A stretch of DNA of 63,356 nucleotides, the filler included, from Aduncisulcus paluster (lineage: Eukaryota): NCBI GenBank assembly GCA_024181965.1. It is 4 parts of 4 records of this genome, joined end to end, with 100 filler letters (N's around TTAATTAATTAA, not from the genome) between each part and the next. Parts side by side here need not be neighbours in the genome. Positions count along the whole stretch, not along the records: positions 1 to 13,063 come from BQXS01012642.1; positions 13,164 to 28,048 come from BQXS01012643.1; 2 more parts are not named here. One strand, written 5' to 3'. The first letter of the stretch is position 1. Each line of letters starts with the position of its first letter. The notes under the pieces were generated by a model. That model was not told the DNA's origin and did not search any database. It saw only the letters and a list, made by a program, of their open reading frames with translations. Positions 10,365 through 21,262 of the stretch are shown one piece after another. A program made the translations under genes and the position numbers.

Positions 10365-11913
10365 TTACACAATGAAACTGCCTTCAGAGCTATCATCATT
10401 TTCAAACCCTCCGACGAGAACAACATCTTGGTCATCTACGACCTCAGCAGTGGTTCCAGTGATTGCTGGCTCGACTTGGATGTTTGTACTATGATCGGGA
10501 TCTATTCCATCGCTATCGTCAGTAATGACCTTTTTATCATGTTTTGAAGAGGTGTCGTGAGTGGGATGGTTTTCCACAGCTTCTTCCCCGGAGAAAGCAA
10601 TAAGATCGGCAATAAGATCGCTGGCAACAGGATTGGTGATCTTTGCGAGCGATTCAGTGGGAATATTGGCCATGGGAACAAGGGAATCCTCACCCATTCC
10701 GTGGAGGGCAGCTGTCCGAGTGACTTGCATTTCAACATCATCTTTCCTTGATGAACTAGTGATATCAAGAGATCCACCAGGGACAATGCGTGAAGATTTG
10801 ATCAAACCTTCAGGCTTGGGGAAGGCAGTCCGGTAGGCAGCAGCATAAATGGAAATACAGAAAGGCCACATCCACCAGAGGAGGATAGGGAGGAAGAAGA
10901 AGGATCCAATACGGATGGCAGCGATTATAATCGAAATAAAGACTAATCTGCACCAGTTGGCACCATTTGATGGTGAGCACATGGCAGAGCAACCAACATT
11001 GAATGCATTCCGGATTGAGGACTTTCCTTTGGTGTCGATAAGGTGAAGTTTGCAGAAAGATGAAGAAAATTGGTAAATACTGTTGATTACAGCACAAAGA
11101 AGCCGAGCTCCGAAGAAATAAATGAGATACTTGATACCATCACCTTCTGCACCTGCGTCATTATCAGCAAAATCAAATCCAAGCAAATTGAGGACGATAA
11201 CTGCATACTTACGGATTGTAAACAGCATCTCCCAAATCATTGTGGCATCTGGATCCACAGGGTCAATGAGGAAAATCAAAAACACTGCTATAGCCATACG
11301 GGCAGCTGTGTTAAAGAAGAGTCCTGGAAGCTCAACAACCCATACTTTGGGTACAGCTCTCCAGGTGGCTCCACAATAAGAACAGAGAGGGGGCTTTTCA
11401 GGCTCATCAAGCAAGTCCAAGGCTTTGATCGTGGCAAATGTACTGAATGATGCTGATAGAAGGTGCATCAGAACAATACAAATGGCTGCAACAATGAAAA
11501 CTACAGTAACTGTCCCAACAATTTCCACAGGCATGATTCTGGTAACAATAGGATCAGTAGTGATTAAATCAGCATATTTAATTTGAGCATCGGCAATATT
11601 TGTGGTTTCAATGGCTGCAATTCCCTGAATAAAAACTGTTGTAAAAGAAAAATAGAAAAATCCACACCACAATAAAAACATGAAGACGAAGGGCCAGAAT
11701 GCGGTGCACATTATTGCACAACATCCCCGAGATGTACTCCGTTGAGCAAGGCGAAATGATTCTCCAATGTGTATTTTGCGGATATCAACTTGAGACTTCT
11801 GAAAAATCAAGCGTGGAAAAAAATTGAATAATTCAAGAGAAAATGAGCTAATATTATGCGATATCGATAAAGTGCCGACAATAGAATAATAAATAATCTT
11901 TACATACTGACAT
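10365..11913 (-). CDS. Multi-pass membrane protein with acidic C-terminal tail; predicted 6-nt first coding exon (11913-11908), exon 2 11798-10365
   Basis: ATG TCA|GTATGT...TTTTTCAG|AAG TCT CAA (intron 11907-11799) is in frame with the long ORF; many hydrophobic helices. Confidence 0.75.
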
Positions 11914-12227
11914 ATTATTTTGATTGAGGCAAAATTTCCTTTTTTTTGTAAAAAATTTTTTAATCCGATAATTTTTGAACCACAAACGGTAACAATCATA
12001 CAATATTCTTGAGAGTTTGATGCTATTTGTTTTTGATTAAACTTTAATAATTGGCTATGATATCGAACACCCCTGATTTGTGTCCCCGAACGAATCCTTA
12101 AAATAAATATGTTAAAAAATATCAAAAACATTTATTACATTCAATATAAAAAATAAAACTAGTCCAATGGTTCTATTTAAGTGGATTGCATAGCTCAATG
12201 AACCACGAATCATTCCTGTGGCACGGA

Positions 12228-13063
12228 ATGGGAGAGGAATTCGCAGTTTTACTCGGTGAAGAAGCCAAACAGAAGGATTTATCTATATATGACACATTTG
12301 CTGGCGGTTCTCCCATTTTCCTTAAAGGGCAAGAGCCTAGTTCGTCTCAATTAACTTGTCCTATATGTAAGAAACAAATGAAATTGTTGTTTCAAGCATT
12401 TGCACCTCTTTTTTCATCAACATCAGAGACTCCAATTAGAACTCTCCACGTTTTTGGATGTAATTCAAATCATTTTGCCAAATCTGTTCGATGCTTTAGA
12501 AACCTTTCAGGAAAACGTTTGCTATCAGACAAAACCGTACCTGTTAAATCCCAAACAACAGACAAACCGATAATTTATGAATCTGAATCAAAGGAGATTT
12601 TCGACGTATTTTCCTCTGAAAGTACTCCCTTAAATTTGTTTGAGGATTCTTCTCTCGCTGGTCCTAGCTCTTCTGAACCTTCTCTGAGTCTTGGATCCAT
12701 ATTAGATGCTGTAACCAAAGAATCTGTGAGCCCAGCGAAGGATGCACCTCCACTCTCTAAATCGGCAAAAAAAAGATTAAAAAAGAAACAAAGGCAGGAA
12801 AGACAAAAACTTGAGGAGGAAAAACGGCGTAAAGAAGCCGAAGCTGCAGAGGCTGCTGAAGATACTCCAGAAACTATTGTTATTCCTCTTGATAATCCAT
12901 TCAAATGTTTCTTTTGTGATATTGTGCCGGTGTCTGAGTTACCCAAGCCCAAAGCACATGTCTCTAAGGTTGGATCTAAGGCTGGGAAAGGCAAGAAGAA
13001 AGGTTCATTACCTAAAGGTTCCTTATCTGATGCTGAATTTGATAGTGATGCCTTTACATCCAT
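12228..13063 (+). CDS. PDCD2/PDCD2L (Tsr4)-like protein, 3' truncated at contig end
   Basis: VLLG...AGGSPIFL...CPICKKQMKLLFQAFAP...RTLHVFGC...VRCFR matches the PDCD2-family N-terminal pattern. Confidence 0.75.
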
Positions 13064-13163
13064 NNNNNNNNNNNNNNNNNNNNNNNNNNNNNNNNNNNNN
13101 NNNNNNNTTAATTAATTAANNNNNNNNNNNNNNNNNNNNNNNNNNNNNNNNNNNNNNNNNNNN
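13064..13163. other. Artificial contig linker (N44-TTAATTAATTAA-N44)
   Basis: Six-frame stop spacer at 13108-13119 within Ns. Confidence 0.95.
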
Positions 13164-13606
13164 GCTACTCTCTTGGAATTGCAATCCTTGCCCTATTTTT
13201 GTGTCAAATCCCATTCTTACAAATCCCAGTGCTTCGAGGCATCTCCGATAAAACTGTGTTCAGCGATGCTCTCATGACTCTGATTGAGAAGAACAGAACA
13301 ACCAAACTCAAGGACTCGCCTCTGTTCAAATCTCTCAATCACATTGACGACGGGAAGTTCAAGGCTGTTTATTCTTGTCTGAATGACGTCTTCACAGGTT
13401 TGACTCGGAAGGATGATGACAAACGCATGAGTGTGCACCAAGCCCGTGAAAATGTCCAACCCATCAAAGCGTTATTGCCCATGCTTGGAGAAGGGTTTGA
13501 GTGTCCATGCATTGAAGACATTGTCCATGAGCAGAGGAGACAGTATGGTGGCTCTGTTGGAACGATTGAGGGAGTACCTGGTCTTGATGGAGGTGGTGAG
13601 CTCTAG
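13164..13606 (+). CDS. Protein kinase C-terminal fragment (5' truncated at contig start)
   Basis: YSLGIAILALFLCQIPF resembles subdomain IX and DDDKRMSVHQA resembles subdomain XI. Confidence 0.7.
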
Positions 13607-13872
13607 GGAGACTGGGATTGAGTTTAGTAAACTCAGTTTACAATCAAAGAGATATCACCAAAGAACTGGAGAGCAATAATAAAGTGTTTAAGATTTTTGT
13701 TGAAGATCATTATGTAACATAACTTACGTTGAATATGGATGCTTATATCTATTAAATAAAATTTCCATGCCATACTATGACACTATTAGTAAATAGTAGA
13801 TTATTTGACGGCAAAACTCTGCGCTTGGGCGAAATGATTTGATTTTTTACTTTTTGGAGACAGCCCAACAAA

Positions 13873-14109
13873 ATGGAAAGGGAAGAATGTGAGGCTTCAA
13901 AGAAGGAGATAGAAGCTTTGAAGAAAGAAATTGCTGAGATTGAACATAAAATCATTGAATTGATTCGTCTCACCATCACACGCCAAGAATCACCAGAAGA
14001 ACTGAAAATGTTGTATAAAGAACGTGCAAAGATTCAAAAGGAGCTAGAAATTGCAATGATTAAAGTGAACTCATTGAAGCGGTTGTCCTTAGTGAGTCAC
14101 AAATTGTGA
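13873..14109 (+). CDS. Small coiled-coil protein or pseudogene fragment
   Basis: 78-aa heptad-rich ORF. A degenerate copy of its motif (AKIQKELE vs AKFEKELE) follows after the stop. Confidence 0.4.
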   Translation: MEREECEASKKEIEALKKEIAEIEHKIIELIRLTITRQESPEELKMLYKERAKIQKELEIAMIKVNSLKRLSLVSHKL

Positions 14110-14803
14110 CAAAGGGGCCCCCTTGACCGGGTCATGACAACCCAAGAATCAGAGAATCTGATGCAAAATTTGAAAAGGAGCTAGAGGAGCTTAAAAATAA
14201 TCAAACATAACGCCATATTATTCAACATTTTATTGAACAATTGTCACACTGTGATTGGCAATCAACAGTTGGGAGTCAACAAAGAATTATTTCAAGATAT
14301 TTCATCAAATGGTAAATTAATGGATATTCTATTGAGTTCGTATATTGGATATAATCTCGTATTTATTGTTATTTCGGCGTACCATGATGCAATCGATGAT
14401 GAAGAGTTTTGGTCGGAATTATATCTTTTAAAACATTTTTTTCACAATGATATAGGTCATTTTAGGATGTTTCTCATAGTATTCTGGTATTATGCTATTC
14501 CTTTCCATGCCTACTTTTCATTTGTTTGGTTTCAGTTTGGTGGAACTTGATTAATGAAACAATTAATACAGTTCGATATTGAATAATTTTTTAAAAGTTG
14601 ATGTATTTTTACCTAATATATCATTTATACTGAATTTCTGATATTATTGAGGCGGATAGAGGATTTCGAGCATTGTAGACTCTTGACTCTCTACTCTTGA
14701 TTTTGTTGCACTAACGGTATGTATCATTTTTTGTCAGCTAATTATTAGTTGTTTTTCTCCATTTTGTTCCTTTTTTTTCTTATTTAGATGCCTCTTTTTC
14801 AGA

Positions 14804-15592
14804 ATGATTGACACTGCCCTCGTACCTCCCCAGAAATCCCAAATTGGTGATGAATCAATGAAATCTGGAAATATTCATCACGAAACTTCTTCGAACCAAT
14901 CTATTAGTTCTGTTGGTGATACTACTGAATCTTCAGCTGTTCTTTCGATCTCTTCTCAGACAAAGGATCATACCCCACTTCCACAAGAAGAGATTAAAAA
15001 ACAATCATCAACAGTCCCGAAAGAAACTTGGAATGAGGAAGAAGCTGCTCAAGAAACTGTCACGGAAGAAAAAAATGTTTCTTCTGAGCCTCCAAGATCA
15101 GCTTTTGAGGAGGCAGCTTCTTCTGGCATAAGTATTGAAAAAGAAGAACTTGAAGAAGAAGGGAATACAAATCACGAATCAATTGGTATTTTGTGTTATT
15201 CTGATGTTCATCAAAAACTCGAAAAAGAAATTCTGCGATCCTCTCGCCTTGAGCGCCGTCTTCATCTCGTTGAGGCCCAACTCCAAAAAGAACAAGAACA
15301 TTCTGCCTTATTGATGATTCAATTAACGAAGAAGAGCCAAAGAAAAATTCGTAAAGCTCCTCAAGTTGAAAAATCAGAAGAAGAGGAAGTCTTCACAGTT
15401 GATAAGATCATATCTCACAAGAAAAAAGGGAGACAATTCTTATTTTTGGTGAAATGGAAGGGATACTCACAAAAACATAATTCTTGGGTGAAGAAGTCTG
15501 ATTTTGTTGATTCATCTCTTCTCGATGAGTATTGGGGCGACAAAGAAGAGCAAGTAAGAGGTAAAAGAAGGTTTTCCAGGCTTCCAAAATAG
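14804..15592 (+). CDS. Chromodomain protein (C-terminal chromo, preceding coiled coil)
   Basis: FTVDKIISHKKKGRQFLFLVKWKGYSQKHNSWVKKSDF is a chromodomain. Possible 5'UTR intron GTATGT 14717 to AG 14787 or 14802. Confidence 0.88.
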   Translation: MIDTALVPPQKSQIGDESMKSGNIHHETSSNQSISSVGDTTESSAVLSISSQTKDHTPLPQEEIKKQSSTVPKETWNEEEAAQETVTEEKNVSSEPPRSAFEEAASSGISIEKEELEEEGNTNHESIGILCYSDVHQKLEKEILRSSRLERRLHLVEAQLQKEQEHSALLMIQLTKKSQRKIRKAPQVEKSEEEEVFTVDKIISHKKKGRQFLFLVKWKGYSQKHNSWVKKSDFVDSSLLDEYWGDKEEQVRGKRRFSRLPK

Positions 15593-16053
15593 GTTTAAGA
15601 TGTAAGGTTCCCTTTGATATCTCTTAACAAAAATTAAAATCGATTTAAATGGATATCTATTTATTTCAATCGAAGTCACACAAAAAGGAGACTAGATTGA
15701 CTATAATTTTTGAGAAAAATACAATGCAAAACGAAATACACCATCTGAAATGAGAGTCTTCACTGGTTTCGTTACACCAGGAATTTGATTGACTAATCCA
15801 GACAAATCAAAAAGCAGAAATACAAGTAATACTATGAGAAATATGAATGTAGTGTACAAATAAAGGAATAAAAAAATTAAAAAATAATGATTATGAAAAA
15901 TGATTAGAATAATTTGTGGTCAAACTGAAATCAATAGAATATTTCTGGAAAACGAAAACATTATTGTAATCATTAAATATATCTGCAAGAAATTGAATTA
16001 TTAGAGATGTTTTGAAGAGAGAGAGAGAGGGATAGATGCGAAACTGTCCAATA

Positions 16054-17109
16054 CTACAGCCAAAGAGTACTATCTCTAGCAGCTGAGCCAAACTTCCCAC
16101 CTTTGAGAGTTGGAGATGTTATTTTGTATGATACAGTGTAATGAAGTGGTCCTGGACTATCGATCTTTCCCTTAATTGCTGGTTTAGCAATAATGGGAGT
16201 TTTATCCATCCCAAAGGAGAAAGATTTCGAAATGTATGGATAATCGCAGTTTCTACCGATTGTATGTCCAACCAATGTTCCTCTTTTTGGCAAATAACCA
16301 TCTGGGAGTGGTTCTTTCTTTTCCGGCAAACCTCCCCGATATGTTTTGATGGGGTGTTGTGATCCTCCAAATGAAAATGACACGCCAATATTCTGTTTCT
16401 TCACTTTATACGAAAGAGGAGAGATATTCGGAAGTTCTCGGCAACCTTTAGGGGAATATGATATATGTTTGAGGCGGGGATCCCTGTCAAATCTCGCTGT
16501 CCATGCTCTTTTCTTTGTAACTTCAAGAGGTCCAGAAGAATATGCTGAGGGGCCAGGACTTGGGCGAACTTTGTCCAAAAAGGCATCGAGGGTAACATAG
16601 GGAGAATGCCGGACAAGTGTAGGTGGTGCGGATGCTGGAGTATGAGAGACAGTACGCGGGGGAGGAGGACGAGGAGTAAATGTATGAGTTCCTGGACTTC
16701 TATATTTAGATAATGAATGAATATTGGCAGTTTTGGGAGGATGAGACATTGTGGGAGTTTGCAGAGTCGCCGAAGTATAAGTCACTTTTCTTGGAGATTT
16801 ACGCGGAGAAGAAGCTGGAAAAGAAGGTGGAAATGGCGATTTGTTAATGGATGATGTACTGTTTTGAGATTTTTTGAGTGGAGAAGTTATCGATCTTGTT
16901 CGATGACTAGACACAGATCTTCGAGGAGTGGAGGGAGTTTTAGGAGAAAATGTGGGCGTTTTGTTACTATTGGATGATATTGAAGACCTATTGGAATGTC
17001 TAGGACAGCTTCTAGCACGTTGTTTGGGGGTAAGTCGGCGAGAAGGAACTATCACTTCTTCTCTCACTCTCGAACATGCTAACTTTGTAAATATTCTAAA
17101 ATCTTCCAT
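16054..17109 (-). CDS. SHIPPO/ODF3-like PGP-repeat protein (putatively flagellar)
   Basis: SPGPSAY, ISPLSY and SPGPLHY repeats in a basic S/P-rich protein. Confidence 0.6.
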   Translation of the reverse strand: MEDFRIFTKLACSRVREEVIVPSRRLTPKQRARSCPRHSNRSSISSNSNKTPTFSPKTPSTPRRSVSSHRTRSITSPLKKSQNSTSSINKSPFPPSFPASSPRKSPRKVTYTSATLQTPTMSHPPKTANIHSLSKYRSPGTHTFTPRPPPPRTVSHTPASAPPTLVRHSPYVTLDAFLDKVRPSPGPSAYSSGPLEVTKKRAWTARFDRDPRLKHISYSPKGCRELPNISPLSYKVKKQNIGVSFSFGGSQHPIKTYRGGLPEKKEPLPDGYLPKRGTLVGHTIGRNCDYPYISKSFSFGMDKTPIIAKPAIKGKIDSPGPLHYTVSYKITSPTLKGGKFGSAARDSTLWL

Positions 17110-17641
17110 GAAACAATTAAGACAATTTTACAATTCCAGTAGATGGACACAAAATAAAATGCAATCACTTCAAATTTGAAGGAGGGATTTTAGCAATAGT
17201 AAACGGATAAAAAGATAATTTATTATTTTCAAAATAAAAATTTTACTCTTTGAATATCCTTGATGAGGTGACGGGACCAAGATCGAGAAAAATAGCGTGA
17301 AATATTTAATTAATCCATTAGTGCAAAGTTGAGGGTCGAAGTACAACTGTTGTTGAATTGTTATATCTCTTTTTGTAGCACCAAGATTCATCATGATACA
17401 GATTATCGATGGAGAAGCAAGAAAGTAAATGGAGAAACCAGAGCATACATGAGGGAAATTCATCGGGTTTTGGCAAAATAATATCAAAAATATCGAATAA
17501 TTTCTAGTTATTATCTCTTTTGGAGCATATTTTCAATCAATATTGAGACTGACCGTGTTCGACAGTTCATGAATCGAAGCATTGAGAGACAATAAATTCA
17601 AGTAAAATTTGTTGTTACATAAATAATTCTAAATAATTAAT

Positions 17642-18556
17642 TCATTTTAATCGTTCAAAATAACTCAAGGCAAGGGATAGTTTTGAAGTTTTGTGACAAA
17701 ACGCAAGGATCAATCGATCTTTGAAAACCGTAAATAACATATAATTCATCCCACCAACACTGCCACAAACATACACAACGGAGACGGTTTTCGAGAGAGA
17801 GGATTCCTTGATTGAAGAGATTAGATTATCACCGATTGATGAAACAGATTCAAATGAATCAAATCCTGTGTATTCGGTATAATCATCCTTTTCATCGTGT
17901 GAGAAATCATGGACTAATAAAGTTCTGCCACCAGTATGCTTTTTCACTGGAACACTAAACTCAATCTCTTCACTGCCACCTTCTGATTGAACTCGAATAA
18001 CGCCATTTGCTTGAACCTCTTGGGATTCATAGGTTCTATCCGGAACATCAGATATATATGTTGGTTGACATGGAATAAAATGAAGATTACCTGGATCAAT
18101 CGACAATCCAAAACCACTGGAAATATGTTGGTGACAAAGAGCAAAGACATCATTTTTATCAAAATCTGAGAATGGAAGAAGCATTTGAGGAACTGTGCCG
18201 CATATAATGCTTGACATAAGGATTGAAATGAACTTCACGGGAACAGATTCAACACCATACAATTTTTCGCTATGAAATAATGAAAATACTTAGAAGTTTT
18301 TTTCAAAATAAAATGAAACAATGATGTGCATAATATTTTATACGTACGTATAATTCTTTAATATTTTCTGAGCCTGGGAAGGAGGATATTTGTCAAGGAA
18401 GCATAAATTAACTAATGATTTCTTTTTGGGTTGTCGAATACATATAACACGATAAAATGGCGAATCATCTCCATAAAAATATTCCATTCTATCTATTATT
18501 CCAAGCACAATCGGGAGTTCTATGTGGATTTCTACTATTTCAAATGAATTCGACAT
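17642..18556 (-). CDS. Hypothetical protein, 2 exons (18556-18348, 18269-17642)
   Basis: A phase-2 GTACGT...CATAG intron (18347-18270) joins ORFs 18338-18556 and 17642-18262 in frame. Confidence 0.7.
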
Positions 18557-18693
18557 TTAAATCTATTAATAATATATATCGTTGTATATAGAGTTTATTT
18601 TATTTTATACATTGGGACAAAGAGGATTTGATCAGTTTTTCAATTCCAATCAGTAATTTGCACCAGTTAGGGGTCAATCGTCTGGAGTAGATC

Positions 18694-19326
18694 ATGTTAA
18701 TGGAAATAGGAAGTTCTAGTCTTAAAGAAACAGTGAAAGTTAGTCTTTTATCAAAGTTTCAACGGGCTATGTTGGAGAAACGTCAAGAAGATGAAGAAGA
18801 ATCTGTTTCGACAAGAATTGGAATTGAATGTGCCTATTGTGGTGGTTCTCACTATGCAAAAGATTGCCCTAACAAAGAATTAGAGGATTTGTATACGGAA
18901 TTGGAAGAGCTTGAGAAATGTGATGGTATTCCTGAAAAATATCTTCATGAGGTTCAAGAAGAAGATGTTCAGAAGAAAACTTACAGGGCACCTGGTCGTG
19001 GATCGACATCCAGCAAATATGGTGATGATTTCCCCACTTTGTTCCTTGATATCCCTCCCCATCTTGACGAGAAACGTCTTCAACAGATTTTGCAAGATGC
19101 TGGAAAGGGTGAAACATTTCCTTCTCGAGGAGTTAAGATTATATACGATAGAGAAACTGGTGAATCTCGTGGACGGGCCTTCATCTCTTTCGATACTCCA
19201 TTCGCTGCTGACAAGATGATGGAGCTTGGAAACGGTTTCGTTGTTGAAGAAGATAGATTTGTGTTAAGACTTGAGGTTGCTAAAGGAAGAAAGAGGAGGA
19301 CTCAGCGTGGTGGTGCTTACAAATAA
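18694..19326 (+). CDS. EIF3G: Translation initiation factor eIF3 subunit G-like (zinc knuckle plus RRM)
   Basis: CAYCGGSHYAKDCP, YRAP and a C-terminal RRM with DRETGESRGRAFISF...LRLEVAK. Confidence 0.75.
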   Translation: MLMEIGSSSLKETVKVSLLSKFQRAMLEKRQEDEEESVSTRIGIECAYCGGSHYAKDCPNKELEDLYTELEELEKCDGIPEKYLHEVQEEDVQKKTYRAPGRGSTSSKYGDDFPTLFLDIPPHLDEKRLQQILQDAGKGETFPSRGVKIIYDRETGESRGRAFISFDTPFAADKMMELGNGFVVEEDRFVLRLEVAKGRKRRTQRGGAYK

Positions 19327-19499
19327 ATAAATAATATTATCAAATTTCTTTCTGAATTTGTAATTAAAATATCTATAATTGAACAATTTTATTTTGTTTT
19401 TGGTTTTCCATTTTGATCACAAAGCCAAGAAAATTGAATAGTGCACTCACATGGATTTCTTTGGAGTTGTTGATTCTTCCTGACTATATTTGAATTATC

Positions 19500-20648
19500 A
19501 TGTCTCATATTGCTGAGCACTACGAAGAATGCACTACTGTGGAGGAGTTGGATGCTTTATTAAAGGCTAAAGAACATCCAATTGTATATGATGGATTCGA
19601 GCCATCAGGTCGTATGCATATTGCCCAAGGTTTAATGAAAGCTCTCAGTGTTAAGTTGTTGGCCGATGCTGGATGTGTTTGGAAGATTTGGATCGCCGAT
19701 TTGTTCGCTTTCTTGAATCATAAGTTAGGTGGCAAATTGAAGGATATCCAAACCTGTGGAAAGTATTTCATTGAAATTTTCCGTGCAATTTTTAAAGAAT
19801 TGGGAATTCCTGAAGAGTCCGTCCAATTTTTGTGGACTTCAGAAGAGGTTGACAAAAGAAGTGCCGAATACTGGCCCCTCGTCATGGAGATTGCTGCTAC
19901 TTTCAATCTTAAGCGTGTTATGCGTTGTTGTACCATCATGGGTAAGACCGAAGGAGAATCTATGGCTGCCTCCCAGATCTTTTACCCTGTGATGCAGTGT
20001 GCCGATATTTTCTTCCTTAAAGCTGATATTTGTCAGTTAGGAAGGGATCAAAAGAAGGTTAACATGCTTGCTCGTGATTACTGTACCGAGAAAAAGATTA
20101 AACATAAACCCGTCATTCTTTCTCATCACATGTTGATGGGTCTTACTAAGGATAGTCTCAAGATGTCTAAATCGAACCCTGATGCCGCTATCTTCATGGA
20201 TGACAGTGAGCTTGATGTCAGGAGAAAGATTAAGAGGGCTTACTGTGTTCCCGGTGAGGAGGAGGAAAACCCTGTCCTTGAGTACTGTAAATACATCATA
20301 TTCCCATGGTTCAACAAGTTGGAGGTGAAAAGATCCGAGAAGAATGGTGGAGATGTTACTTTCTCAACATACGAAGAATTGAGAGATGCTTTCGTCTCTG
20401 AGAAACTCCATCCTGCCGACTTGAAACCTGCCCTTGCCACAGCTGTCAATGCTATCCTGCAACCAATCAGGACTCACTTCAAGGAGAACAAGGAAGCCTT
20501 CAAACTGAAGAAATCTGTCGAGGCTATTGTTAAGAAGGTCAAGAAACAGAAAGAGAAGGCTGAACGTGAGGCTGCTGAAAAGAAAGAAGCTGAAAAGAAA
20601 CAGCAAGGAGAAGAGGGGGAGAAAGTTGAGTCGCCTGAGGAGAAATGA
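19500..20648 (+). CDS. YARS1: Tyrosyl-tRNA synthetase (archaeal/eukaryotic type)
   Basis: YDGFEPSGRMHIAQG, YPVMQCADIF, KMSKS and LHPADLK motifs. Confidence 0.96.
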   Translation: MSHIAEHYEECTTVEELDALLKAKEHPIVYDGFEPSGRMHIAQGLMKALSVKLLADAGCVWKIWIADLFAFLNHKLGGKLKDIQTCGKYFIEIFRAIFKELGIPEESVQFLWTSEEVDKRSAEYWPLVMEIAATFNLKRVMRCCTIMGKTEGESMAASQIFYPVMQCADIFFLKADICQLGRDQKKVNMLARDYCTEKKIKHKPVILSHHMLMGLTKDSLKMSKSNPDAAIFMDDSELDVRRKIKRAYCVPGEEEENPVLEYCKYIIFPWFNKLEVKRSEKNGGDVTFSTYEELRDAFVSEKLHPADLKPALATAVNAILQPIRTHFKENKEAFKLKKSVEAIVKKVKKQKEKAEREAAEKKEAEKKQQGEEGEKVESPEEK

Positions 20649-21262
20649 ATTAGAGGTAGAAAAAGGGAATGAGAAGTGTCTACGATACTTCCTTTTTAAT
20701 TTCAGAAGACATTATTGTTGATGTGAACTCTTTCTGTGGATGAATAATCAATATTCCATAGAGGTTGATCCTTCGAATACCAGACCCATACCAAGTAAAG
20801 ATGAGAATATATTTGTTGGAAAATGTTATTTTAATGGATATTATTATGTGTTGATGCGGAATATATGGATTGTCTGCTATCCACCAGACCCTGCTTTTTT
20901 TTTAGAATCTAGAAAATCATTTTTGTCCGTTAGTGACTGGAGGAGATATCTATTCTCCATATTAATATAATTTTTATCTATTCATTACTGTTTTTATTTA
21001 ACTTTTCATTTGTTNNNNNNNNNNNNNNNNNNNNTATTTGTTGGAAAATGTTATTTTAATGGATATTATTATGTGTTGATGCAGAATATATGGATTGTCT
21101 GCTATCCACCAGACCCTGCTTTTTTTTTAGAATCTAGAAAATCATTTTTGTCCGTTAGTGACTGGAGGAGATATCTATTCTCCATATTAATATAATTTTT
21201 ATCTATTCATTACTGTTTTTATTTAACTTTTCATTTGTTTTTGTAAATAATAATATCTAATA

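Noticed and set aside
13108..13119. TTAATTAATTAA as a biological repeat
   Set aside because: It is a six-frame stop linker embedded in Ns.
20740..21195. Twin short ORFs ending ...RRYLFSILI
   Set aside because: The duplication is a gap artefact and there is no recognisable domain.
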